Origin: an uncultured virus (IMG/VR IMGVR_UViG_3300032087_003848)
Lineage: Duplodnaviria > Heunggongvirae > Uroviricota > Caudoviricetes
Virus record (IMG/VR): IMGVR_UViG_3300032087_003848
Length of the DNA stretch: 35,209 bases
Strand: one strand, 5' to 3'
Below are positions 26,603 to 35,207 of the stretch, in pieces. A program made the translations under genes and the position numbers. The notes below the pieces were generated by a model. The model was not told the DNA's origin. It ran no database searches and saw nothing but the letters and a program-made list of their open reading frames with translations. The stretch's first letter is position 1. Every line of letters begins with the position of its first letter.

Positions 26603-26818
26603 CTATACCTCCCAACTGTGCCAAAAGGTATCTAATATCCAACCTAGAATATTAATATCGAAGACACCCATAATGTTTCCAATAAAGAAAGAGGATATGG
26701 CAGCACAAGTGCCCCAAAACCATGCTCTCATTTTTAGAAATAAAATATCTGCTGAATGCGCTCTTTGCTGATTATATGCATAATCAGAATCAGAAAACCC
26801 TAGAAAATCAGAAAACAT
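26603..26818 (-). CDS. Small membrane protein, 71 aa
   Basis: Hydrophobic AWFWGTCAAISSFFIGNIMGVF and INILGWIL. Confidence 0.8.
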   Translation of the reverse strand: MFSDFLGFSDSDYAYNQQRAHSADILFLKMRAWFWGTCAAISSFFIGNIMGVFDINILGWILDTFWHSWEV

Positions 26819-26827
26819 TTAACCGCC

Positions 26828-27223
26828 TCACTGAAGAGTAGCGGCTAAAAATTCACTTCCAACAGTGTTATCATCAGTTGTCTCAATGTTAGAATACTGC
26901 GGGAAAGTCATTCCGCCATATTGCTTTGCGCTTTCCTGCATCTTTCTCAACTGTTGCTCATCTCTTGCTTTCCTTTCCCAATAGGCCGCAATCTTTCTAT
27001 CAAGTAGCCACATCTCTATTTTATCATTTAGTGCTAAATCAAATAGGGCTTTCATTACCATAATAGCACCTATCGTTCCTAAACCAAATAATACGGAGTG
27101 TGCTAAAGGACCATATGGAAATCCTAAACCTATCTGTGCATAAACCATAACGTTAGCACCACTTAATGCACCAACGAAAAGTATAGTCATAACTAATCTA
27201 GTATCTTGATTCAATGCAGGCAT
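26828..27223 (-). CDS. Two-TM membrane protein with charged C-terminal tail
   Basis: GAGGTGA SD; LVMTILFVGALSGANVMVYA and SVLFGLGTIGAIMVMKALF. Confidence 0.85.
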   Translation of the reverse strand: MPALNQDTRLVMTILFVGALSGANVMVYAQIGLGFPYGPLAHSVLFGLGTIGAIMVMKALFDLALNDKIEMWLLDRKIAAYWERKARDEQQLRKMQESAKQYGGMTFPQYSNIETTDDNTVGSEFLAATLQ

Positions 27224-27233
27224 TTAATTCACC

Positions 27234-27521
27234 TCAAGCAAATTCAACAGAAACTGCTGCGCCTTCGTCTGTTCCACTACTAATATCCAAATAAAGGCCG
27301 TTAGTTGCAATTACACCATGCATATCAAACTCAAGGTTTTCAGTTTGACCTAGAGTAATTCTAGCCAATTCTTTACCCGAAGCAGCCGAAGCATTATCCC
27401 ATACCTTAATTGTTGTCGGATTTAATCCTGTTAGTGTAGCGTGTATTGAAATAAGTTTACACCTATCACCACTAACAGTTTGACTCGAAGTTAAAACTCC
27501 ACTACTTCTGCAACTCGACAT
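27234..27521 (-). CDS. Small beta-rich, probably virion-associated protein
   Basis: IKVWDNAS.ASG...GVIATNGLYL pattern; ATG 27521 behind GGTGG. Confidence 0.6.
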   Translation of the reverse strand: MSSCRSSGVLTSSQTVSGDRCKLISIHATLTGLNPTTIKVWDNASAASGKELARITLGQTENLEFDMHGVIATNGLYLDISSGTDEGAAVSVEFA

Positions 27522-27543
27522 ATGTTTCCACCATTCAACTTTA

Positions 27544-27570
27544 GGGATAACTCCCACTTAAACCTTATTG
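27544..27570 (-). promoter_or_regulatory. Putative archaeal TATA-type promoter with a small inverted repeat
   Basis: Intergenic AATAAGG-TTTAAG (box at 27557-27562) 35 nt before ATG 27521; GGGA-GTTA-TCCC at 27544-27555. Confidence 0.4.
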
Positions 27571-27573
27571 GAA

Positions 27574-27909
27574 TTATTCGGACTCTTCGGCCTTTTCAAC
27601 TACCGGAACAGTTTCTTTTTTGGCCTTAGATTTCCTAGTCTTCTTTGGCAAAAGAAGCGCACACAATTCTTCATGAGTTGTAATATCAGTGCCTAATTCT
27701 CTAGAAAGGACTTCAAACATCTCAGTATCTAATTGCATCATTTCTTCTCTATCAGATTCTTCATAGATAAAATCTAGACTAGGATGACTATTACGAACCA
27801 AAGCCCCAACTAAGGTTGGGAATGTGACGGGTTCAGAACCTTTTACTAATTCTAAACCCATCACATTCAAAGTAAACGGAGACTCGCTACTCAGTTTTAC
27901 TTTAACCAA
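27574..27909 (-). CDS. Hypothetical protein with K-rich tail
   Basis: TTG start behind GAGGGG; head gene cluster. Confidence 0.7.
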   Translation of the reverse strand: MVKVKLSSESPFTLNVMGLELVKGSEPVTFPTLVGALVRNSHPSLDFIYEESDREEMMQLDTEMFEVLSRELGTDITTHEELCALLLPKKTRKSKAKKETVPVVEKAEESE

Positions 27910-27919
27910 TCAAATCCCC

Positions 27920-28285
27920 TCAGATTTGTCCCCAAACTCTAACTCTAATTTCACCGATATTATCAGTGTTAGAAGCCGCAGGTGCATGTATTTGGAATCT
28001 ATCTTGAGTGTCGGTATTTACATACTTTCCTCCATTAGCAGAACCGGATAGGATTTCCGGTGCAATCATGGAAACTGCATATCCTCCGCTAATTGTATCA
28101 ACAGAAATACCTGTTACTGCTACACAAGTTATAGTGCTTAGACCAAACTTACTTGCTAGTATTTCTTCTCCATTAGCAGTGTATGAGGTTATGTCAATAA
28201 AAGCATCAACCACATATTCGTCACCAACCACTTTGGGCTTTGTAAAGCCCTTGTGGTCAGCAATCAATGTTACTGTATGTGTCAA
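27920..28285 (-). CDS. Capsid decoration / cement-like protein
   Basis: Directly after MCP, GAGGTG SD; SYTANGE..ASKFGLSTI...EIRVRVWG. Confidence 0.6.
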   Translation of the reverse strand: MTHTVTLIADHKGFTKPKVVGDEYVVDAFIDITSYTANGEEILASKFGLSTITCVAVTGISVDTISGGYAVSMIAPEILSGSANGGKYVNTDTQDRFQIHAPAASNTDNIGEIRVRVWGQI

Positions 28286-28295
28286 TTAAAACACC

Positions 28296-29651
28296 TCACA
28301 GAAGGTTTGTGACTTTGCCTTGTCCTTTCCAATACGAGCAACCCAATTCACCAATTGTTCGGTAAAGAGCCTTGTTTCCGAGGGTTCCGACACCGAATGG
28401 GTTTCCGTTGCTAATACCATCCTCAAAGTATTGAGTTGGTTTCATAACAGATAGCCATAGATGGTCTGTATCTAGGAACAACATATCGCTAATACAATCG
28501 GCATTTGCACCTGTGGAAGCCATAGCAGCAACAGGAATTAGAGGAATATCGTAGTAAGTTGATACTCTAAATCCTACTTCTTGACCTTTAACACCACGAA
28601 CACCATTTACAGTTGGAACAATTTCTTTTCTATCCATAAATCTCTCTTGTGCTTGTAGCAAATCAGAGATAGTTTGTAGTGTATCATATCCTGTTAGAAT
28701 AACCTTTGGTGAACCACCCGCAACACGAATTAGTCTTAGCATTTCATTAAGAACAGTTAGTGTTAGTTGGCGAGCATCTCCACTAGCATAAGTATCACCA
28801 AAAGTAACCTGCGAATCTAGGAAAGAAGCAGAATTTCGGTTTGATGAAAACAAATTAGTTACTTCAGCAGCAGTCGCACTTGATATTAGATTTGCAGCAG
28901 CCATAGCATCTAATTCTCCTTTAGAAGAAACAATCTTGTTTAGAGATGTATAGTTTCTCTCAATTGTATCAACAGTGACTGAACTTGAAACTGTTGAACC
29001 TGCTGAATAGAATTCTAGAGGCATAACTAGCATAGCATTCTGAACCTCAGCATGGTGCTTACCCATATCTTCACGCATTTGCGCTCTAATATCGCCAATT
29101 CCATCATCAATTTGTGCCATTTCCATAGCCAATTCGCTGAATTCAAATTGATGTGCAATAATTTTAGGACTTGTGAACAATTGCTCATACTTTGGCGCAA
29201 TAGAAGCCAAACCATCAGCAACAGTATCTAGACCTGCATTTTCAGGAACACCACCAATAATATCTGCTCTAGGAGAAGTTGAACCAATGTTTGCAGCATC
29301 TTTTGTTCCTTCAACATCCAATGCTAGGAAGTTACCACTACCACCGGCAGGTCTTTCTGACAATACTCTCCAACCGCTAGAAGTATATGGCCTCTTAGCA
29401 ATTACTGAAAGAGCATTACATTCACGGTTTAGCATAGACCAAACTTTTTGTCCGTAAACTTGATTGTATAATGCTCCTAGAGAAGAAGCAGCAGTAGTCC
29501 CACTACCAACTCCTAGAGAAACATCATGGCCTGTATGAATACCTGCCACTGCACCAACTTGCTTAAGCAATTGGTTGTTTAGTCCCGCATTTGCGCCCAT
29601 TCCGTAAGTATTAGCCTCTAAATCTGCAATTGTGTTAATATATCCACTCAT
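28296..29651 (-). CDS. Major capsid protein (HK97 fold)
   Basis: 451 aa after protease-scaffold; GGSPKVILTG, YYDIPLIP, MLFLDTDHL, YRTIGEL. Confidence 0.9.
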   Translation of the reverse strand: MSGYINTIADLEANTYGMGANAGLNNQLLKQVGAVAGIHTGHDVSLGVGSGTTAASSLGALYNQVYGQKVWSMLNRECNALSVIAKRPYTSSGWRVLSERPAGGSGNFLALDVEGTKDAANIGSTSPRADIIGGVPENAGLDTVADGLASIAPKYEQLFTSPKIIAHQFEFSELAMEMAQIDDGIGDIRAQMREDMGKHHAEVQNAMLVMPLEFYSAGSTVSSSVTVDTIERNYTSLNKIVSSKGELDAMAAANLISSATAAEVTNLFSSNRNSASFLDSQVTFGDTYASGDARQLTLTVLNEMLRLIRVAGGSPKVILTGYDTLQTISDLLQAQERFMDRKEIVPTVNGVRGVKGQEVGFRVSTYYDIPLIPVAAMASTGANADCISDMLFLDTDHLWLSVMKPTQYFEDGISNGNPFGVGTLGNKALYRTIGELGCSYWKGQGKVTNLL

Positions 29652-29652
29652 C

Positions 29653-30849
29653 TTAAATTCCTCCTACCATCTTGTGAATGTCGTTCCAATCCATTTGTGC
29701 AACTTCATCCAATGAAGGGAGTTTAATTTCAGACTCTTCTTGAGCCTTTAGAATAGTCTCTTTCTCAGCAGTTAGAGACTTTCTTAGTTGTGTAAATTCT
29801 TCCTTTAGGGAAGCAATTTCTGACTTTGCATCGTAATTTGCTTTAGCGATTGCATCTGTTCTTGTTGTTGTTTCAGCCTTAAATCGGGCTTCAAACTGCT
29901 TTTGAAGATTATCGTAAGCCAACTTTTCTAGTTGTTCTTGACGGAATGCTTCGTAAGCCTTCTCAATGTTTCCTACTGACAAATCAAGTGTTTCTAATTC
30001 TTCGTTGTTAAATGCCTTAACAACCGGCAAATCAGAAGCCTTTGGGTTTCCGTTGTCAATTACAACTCTATCCGCAGGTTCGCCGATTTCAACGCCTGCG
30101 CCATCTAGAGTTGAAAGTAAAGCCTTTGCTTCTCTTTCTCTATCGTCGGACATATCCATCATTTCCTCTTCGTCATCTTTCATTTCCATAGTATCGGCTC
30201 TTTCCATTTCATCCATGTATTCACCCATACCTTTCTCTTCTTCTTCTTCTTCTTTTCTTAGCATATTGACTTCCTCCATTAGAGTGTCCAATTCTGCTAA
30301 TGCTTTTTCTAGTTTACTCATTTTTTTTGCCTCCTTATCTTGCTTTAAAATATCAAATTTCGCTTCCGGGTTTATTCCTTTTTCACATATTGTTACTTCA
30401 TGCAATTCTAGTTTGCTTATTTCATTGTAATCTCCTAACTCCGGGTGATTTTTCTTTACTTTATGTATTGCTTGCCCCCCAATGCTAAATGACCTCAATG
30501 AACCTTTTCTTATGCCTCGATTTATTTCTTTGGCTTTTTCTATATCATCCCTTAATTTAATCACTACAAAAAATCCTACATCATCAACTTCAGTTTTCCA
30601 TAGTTTTCCGTTCTTATCTCGATACGATTTAATTACCTCTCCGACTTGAACATTTGAATGGTTTGTCATTACATTCCTAAATTTGGGATTCTCCATGTAT
30701 TTTTCGACTGCATCTTCTAATGCTTTGAGTGTAATTAAATCATTTTGCTTATCAACGATTTCGATGCTTGCATATCCTCCAATCATTAAATCGTCACTTT
30801 TGAGTATTCTGAAATCATCATTATGATTAGCCATAATAGCAGATGCCAT
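29653..30849 (-). CDS. Prohead maturation protease fused to an acidic coiled-coil scaffold
   Basis: GYAS..VDKQND, catalytic NHS, SFSIGG, HEVTIC..GINPEA; C-terminal half is an E/K coiled coil. Confidence 0.9.
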   Translation of the reverse strand: MASAIMANHNDDFRILKSDDLMIGGYASIEIVDKQNDLITLKALEDAVEKYMENPKFRNVMTNHSNVQVGEVIKSYRDKNGKLWKTEVDDVGFFVVIKLRDDIEKAKEINRGIRKGSLRSFSIGGQAIHKVKKNHPELGDYNEISKLELHEVTICEKGINPEAKFDILKQDKEAKKMSKLEKALAELDTLMEEVNMLRKEEEEEEKGMGEYMDEMERADTMEMKDDEEEMMDMSDDREREAKALLSTLDGAGVEIGEPADRVVIDNGNPKASDLPVVKAFNNEELETLDLSVGNIEKAYEAFRQEQLEKLAYDNLQKQFEARFKAETTTRTDAIAKANYDAKSEIASLKEEFTQLRKSLTAEKETILKAQEESEIKLPSLDEVAQMDWNDIHKMVGGI

Positions 30850-30855
30850 TCTTCC

Positions 30856-30889
30856 TCACCCCTGTTTATTTCCTTTCACTATATTAAGT
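30856..30889 (-). promoter_or_regulatory. Putative TATA box and SD for the capsid genes
   Basis: TTAATATA at 30880-30887 and GGGGTGA at 30856-30862 in the 40-nt intergenic gap. Confidence 0.45.
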
Positions 30890-33388
30890 TCACTGTGGAA
30901 TTTTAATTTTTGCATACTTATCTTCGTAAATATCCCAAATACCATCATCTGTTTTACTATCCACAGGTTCCTGTTCATATCCTGTCCACGCCAACCACAT
31001 CTTTTTACCCTTTACAGGCAAATATCTAATATGGAGTTTAGTCTCAAACTTGTTTCCATCTAAGAAATATTCATGATATCCATCCCTCTGAACACCTAAT
31101 TCAACAGTCCCACTATCAATTACCTTTTCTTTTTCTATATTAGTTGCCACTTGTGCAGGATATTTTCCCGCAGCACCAAACAAATCAAACAATTCTTCTT
31201 CGTTTTCTAAATCAATAGTCCAATTAATAGTATCTTCACCTAATTTAATTGATAGAGTAATGTTGTCGTCTTCTCTAGCATATATTTTGAAAGGACCGCT
31301 TCTTTTTTCTTCGGGAGTTTTATACTCTTTTTTAATTTCTTCAGTCTCTTTTTGGACTTTATCATAACTCATGAAGAGTTTTTTAGTTTGAGGATTGTAA
31401 TCTATACCATCTCTATTATCAGCCCATTCAACCAAACCATCTTTTCCATCTTTTACAATGTCTTTATACTCAGCAACATTTTCTTTCACTAGATAGTCAT
31501 GCACTTCTTTTAATGTTCTAGGCCCATTATCTGTCAAATAACGAATAATTGCATTTGCCAAAACACCCTGTTTAGTTTTCATTATCTCTTGCACTTGTTC
31601 TTTCCAAATGTCAATATCCAACATAGCATTCTTAGACATCAAATTGTGTTCTTCAAAGAAAGTAAAACCACTTACGTCGAACTTTAGTATCGCTTCACCG
31701 TGAATATGGTCCGTTATTTTGAATCCTTTTGTTAACGCAGTCACATCATAATTTAGAGACTTCTTAGTATCTTGGGCTAAGAATTCTAAAGTAACCACTT
31801 TATCAGGCATTTCGACTTCCGGTATTTCTATTACCTTTGCAGAATATAGAGTAAATCTTTCACCGGATTGCTTTACTTCATCAACCTTTACTCTAACTAT
31901 ATCTCCTACATTTGCTGAAGTTTTAGTATTAAGAGTCTTACCGACGTTCATGTATTTTTTACCGTCAATTTCTTCTATAAATTTACTTTCCTCATCAGTC
32001 GGACCAACATCAACACCAACAGTATAAGAATATAAATTGCTTTTTGTTTTCTTTTTATCCAAAACAATAACATCTAAATCAACAAATTTTTTCCATTTAA
32101 TCCACTTAGGGTTCTTTCTTGTTCCTAAATAATAAGTTGAAGTAGCATCTTTAATTACTACTCCTTCAGCAGTAGGCATATTCATAATTGTCTTAGAATA
32201 TTCTTCTATATCTTTTAGACTATCTGCCATTCTAGTATCTCTTTTAGATGGGAATACTAAATACTCAGAAGAATGAGATGAATAGTTGTTGAATAAGGTA
32301 GTAATTCTATTAGACAATTCTTCATCAAGAAGAGTTTGTTCTTCGTGTCGCATAATATCAAAAACATGGCATTTTAATTTAGCATCTTTGTATTTTCCTT
32401 TGAATACATGAGCAATAGTATCTGCCCTATGTAAAGAATCTTCACCACTAAATAGAATCAATTCAGCATCTAAAATACAGTCGCCAAAGTGTTTTTTCTT
32501 TAATTCATCAACTATGTCAGAACATTTATCTGTTATATTCTTTTTGTTATAGGAATAAACTTTAACTGATTTATCAAACTTATGAAGTTGCACTCTCATG
32601 CCATCATATTTTTCTTGAACAACCCAATCACCACTGAAACCCTTTAATTCATTGATATCTTCAATATCAAATATTCTATACATCGGTTTGTTAGGAATAA
32701 TGAAATCACTAATTGACTTCTCTTCTTCTGATTTTTTCATATCAATATCAACCAATTCTTCCCATTCTTTTTCTTCATGTTGGGAAAAGAAGACTAACTG
32801 CAATAGGTCTAAGGCTGCCTTTACTTTAGATTCCACTTTCTTTGAATCTTTTCCATCCCCATAATGCTCAATAATATACAGTGCTATGTCGTCTTCCTCT
32901 AGGTCAAGACCCATAAGACCCTCGGTAATTGAGTCCGGTTCCATGTCTTTTATTGATAATGTTTCAGCAGTTAGAGCATTGTTGTGATTCCTTAGAGCAT
33001 AATGAACAAATTTAACCATAGATTCGGGATTTGTCATTAACTCTTCAAGAACATTACCTTTGAATCTTTTAGCGAACGGGTCTTCGACTAATTTAGAATT
33101 ATATCTTAGAAGTTTTATTTTTTCAAATAAGTTTTTTGCTTCGGTTGTCTTAACATCATTAACGCTATTATTTTCTAAATCATCTTCATCAATGAAATTT
33201 TTCATTTCTTTTCCGGCAGCATCTAATTCTTCGTATGATTCTTTAATTAATTTAACTGCTGCTCTCCAACGACTCCCATATTCTTTCGGGTCATGTCGTG
33301 CGGATAAATAGGCAACCCTTGTCTTTTCAAAAAGACGCATTATTTCAACTGATGGTTGTCTATCTTTTTCGATAGAACCTAATTTCAT
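30890..33388 (-). CDS. lig: ATP-dependent DNA ligase with long N- and C-terminal extensions
   Basis: Motif I EKYDGMR, III LDAEL, IIIa FDIM, IV EGVVIK, V WIKWK, then OB fold. Confidence 0.92.
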   Translation of the reverse strand: MKLGSIEKDRQPSVEIMRLFEKTRVAYLSARHDPKEYGSRWRAAVKLIKESYEELDAAGKEMKNFIDEDDLENNSVNDVKTTEAKNLFEKIKLLRYNSKLVEDPFAKRFKGNVLEELMTNPESMVKFVHYALRNHNNALTAETLSIKDMEPDSITEGLMGLDLEEDDIALYIIEHYGDGKDSKKVESKVKAALDLLQLVFFSQHEEKEWEELVDIDMKKSEEEKSISDFIIPNKPMYRIFDIEDINELKGFSGDWVVQEKYDGMRVQLHKFDKSVKVYSYNKKNITDKCSDIVDELKKKHFGDCILDAELILFSGEDSLHRADTIAHVFKGKYKDAKLKCHVFDIMRHEEQTLLDEELSNRITTLFNNYSSHSSEYLVFPSKRDTRMADSLKDIEEYSKTIMNMPTAEGVVIKDATSTYYLGTRKNPKWIKWKKFVDLDVIVLDKKKTKSNLYSYTVGVDVGPTDEESKFIEEIDGKKYMNVGKTLNTKTSANVGDIVRVKVDEVKQSGERFTLYSAKVIEIPEVEMPDKVVTLEFLAQDTKKSLNYDVTALTKGFKITDHIHGEAILKFDVSGFTFFEEHNLMSKNAMLDIDIWKEQVQEIMKTKQGVLANAIIRYLTDNGPRTLKEVHDYLVKENVAEYKDIVKDGKDGLVEWADNRDGIDYNPQTKKLFMSYDKVQKETEEIKKEYKTPEEKRSGPFKIYAREDDNITLSIKLGEDTINWTIDLENEEELFDLFGAAGKYPAQVATNIEKEKVIDSGTVELGVQRDGYHEYFLDGNKFETKLHIRYLPVKGKKMWLAWTGYEQEPVDSKTDDGIWDIYEDKYAKIKIPQ

Positions 33389-33399
33389 TGTATCACTTC

Positions 33400-33639
33400 T
33401 TAATACTTAGATTCTTGACCTGCTAAACCATATCCATCAGTTTTTCTATTTTTAGGAATTAATTCACTATCTTTAACTTCTTCTGCCTTTGGTCTTTTTA
33501 CTTTGACTACTTCAGCATCATCCTTTTCGGGACTTCTGTTATTATCATTAAGAGACAATTCTAATTCTTTTTTGGCACTTCTAGCCTTTTCAATAGCAAG
33601 ACTGACAATTCTTTCTTCTTTAGTTACTCTTTCCGGCAT
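33400..33639 (-). CDS. Small charged hypothetical protein
   Basis: GGTGG SD, TAATG coupling to the upstream gene. Confidence 0.75.
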   Translation of the reverse strand: MPERVTKEERIVSLAIEKARSAKKELELSLNDNNRSPEKDDAEVVKVKRPKAEEVKDSELIPKNRKTDGYGLAGQESKY

Positions 33640-33890
33640 TAATTTCCACCCGCCTTTTCGACCATTTTATGAATCTCGGACCAATCCATAGTTGAAATAT
33701 CTTTTGGCATTCCCATTGGAGAACCAATTGAATTATCCATAGCAGGAGTTGGACTATTAGTTACTACAAAACCCGCTTTCATAAGTATGCTATCTTTAGC
33801 ATAAATTGTCTTTTCTAAGTCTTCAACCTTTGAGGCTAATGCTTTAATTATCTCCAATAATTCTTGATTAATTGTGTTTTCTTCTGTCAT
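33639..33890 (-). CDS. Small coiled-coil protein ending in a scaffold-like MDWSEIHKMV motif
   Basis: ATG 33890 follows the upstream stop; motif shared with the protease-scaffold C-terminus. Confidence 0.8.
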   Translation of the reverse strand: MTEENTINQELLEIIKALASKVEDLEKTIYAKDSILMKAGFVVTNSPTPAMDNSIGSPMGMPKDISTMDWSEIHKMVEKAGGN

Positions 33891-33894
33891 AATA

Positions 33895-34251
33895 TCACTT
33901 CTTTTTTGTCCTGCCATAGATTAAATCATCGAGTTGTCTATACAGTAATTCGTATTCTTTACGCAACTTCGTAGCAGTAGCAACAATATCAAGGTTCCTG
34001 TCATCCATTGATTTCATTTTCTTACTAAGTTTCTTATCAGATTTAGTTAAATCCAATTCTTTAAGAGTATCAATTAATTCACCTAATTTAGTAAAATCTT
34101 GACCGAAAAATTCAGTAGGAGAAGCCGCTTGAATGGTCTTTTTTAGTCTCTTTCTAGCCTTCGGGTCTAACGAATCAAGTATGCTTTTAGCCTCAGTCTT
34201 TTCCTTTTTTATGATAATCTCTTTTCCATCATTATAATAATCCCATGTCAT
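33895..34251 (-). CDS. Hypothetical helical protein, 118 aa
   Basis: GGAGG SD, ATGA overlap. Confidence 0.8.
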   Translation of the reverse strand: MTWDYYNDGKEIIIKKEKTEAKSILDSLDPKARKRLKKTIQAASPTEFFGQDFTKLGELIDTLKELDLTKSDKKLSKKMKSMDDRNLDIVATATKLRKEYELLYRQLDDLIYGRTKKK

Positions 34252-35207
34252 TCAAAACCCTCCTTGTATTTTTTACCACCCATTTGTCTTTCGGGGTCAA
34301 AGTCTTCTTCAATCCAAGATGGTATGTCATAGTCAAATGGAATCTCAGCAACTACTTCTTGTTCTGCATCTTTGTCCTTTCTTCTTTCGATATCACTATT
34401 TATTTCTGCTATATCGCTATTAATGTCTTGTATCATTTCTTCTATTTCAGATACAGGGACATTTATATTTTGAACATTTTTAAAATCTATACCTAACTCC
34501 GTGAACTTATTTTTTGCTTGGTCTTCACTTACTTCCATAAGTATTCGCATAGTCCTATCTATTCTATAACCTACGCTACTTGCTAGATTTTCTCCTTTCT
34601 TTCTCTTTTTGGGTTTATCTGCTTCTAAGTCTTTAAGACTTTCAGAATCTGCTTTTAAGAATTCTTTCCATTTTTCCTTTGTCTCATCATCTAATTCATC
34701 TAGTGCTTTTGTCAAAGAATTAATTTTAGAAAACAATTTTCTAATGGGTCTTCTAATCTGTCTTATTTTTTTACTTAACTCTTTACTAGGGTCTTTAATT
34801 TCCTCAGCAGAAGATATTGTTTGTTTTATTAGATTAACCTCTGTAATTAATCTCTTCATAAATCTCATATTAAATTTATTGTAAATTTTTTCATAATCTT
34901 CTTTTACTTCGACCCATTGGTTTGCTAAATCCATTCTTAGGTCATCTAATTTTTCTTCAGGATTTTCCCTTAGAGTTTTTATTTCTTCTCTTAAATCTCT
35001 TATATATTCCGGCATTTCATTTGAGCCTTCTTTAACAGTAAATACCTTTAGTGAAACTGCTAACTCCCTAGCCTTATCTGTTACTAAATCCTCTGCATAT
35101 TCTAAAAGATAATCATCATCAACGTTTTCAAACTCTTCCAAAGTATTCTTCAAAGAAGAATTTGAATCATTTAAGTATTTAATATGATTCTCAATGTTTT
35201 GTAATGT
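34248..35207 (-). CDS. Large E/K-rich coiled-coil protein, 5'-truncated by the window edge
   Basis: Frame stays open from 35153 to the edge (TLQNIENHIKYLNDSNSSLK...). Confidence 0.8.
   Translation of the reverse strand, partial: TLQNIENHIKYLNDSNSSLKNTLEEFENVDDDYLLEYAEDLVTDKARELAVSLKVFTVKEGSNEMPEYIRDLREEIKTLRENPEEKLDDLRMDLANQWVEVKEDYEKIYNKFNMRFMKRLITEVNLIKQTISSAEEIKDPSKELSKKIRQIRRPIRKLFSKINSLTKALDELDDETKEKWKEFLKADSESLKDLEADKPKKRKKGENLASSVGYRIDRTMRILMEVSEDQAKNKFTELGIDFKNVQNINVPVSEIEEMIQDINSDIAEINSDIERRKDKDAEQEVVAEIPFDYDIPSWIEEDFDPERQMGGKKYKEGFE

Noticed and set aside
26601..26642. Longer N-terminus for the GTPase (MDIRYLL...)
   Set aside because: Overlaps the upstream membrane gene by 40 nt; the SD supports TTG 26600
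5716..34884. Plus-strand ORFs across the structural region (e.g. 7093..7566, 17811..18191, 29966..30430)
   Set aside because: S/F/L/I-rich antisense translations of E/K-rich minus-strand genes
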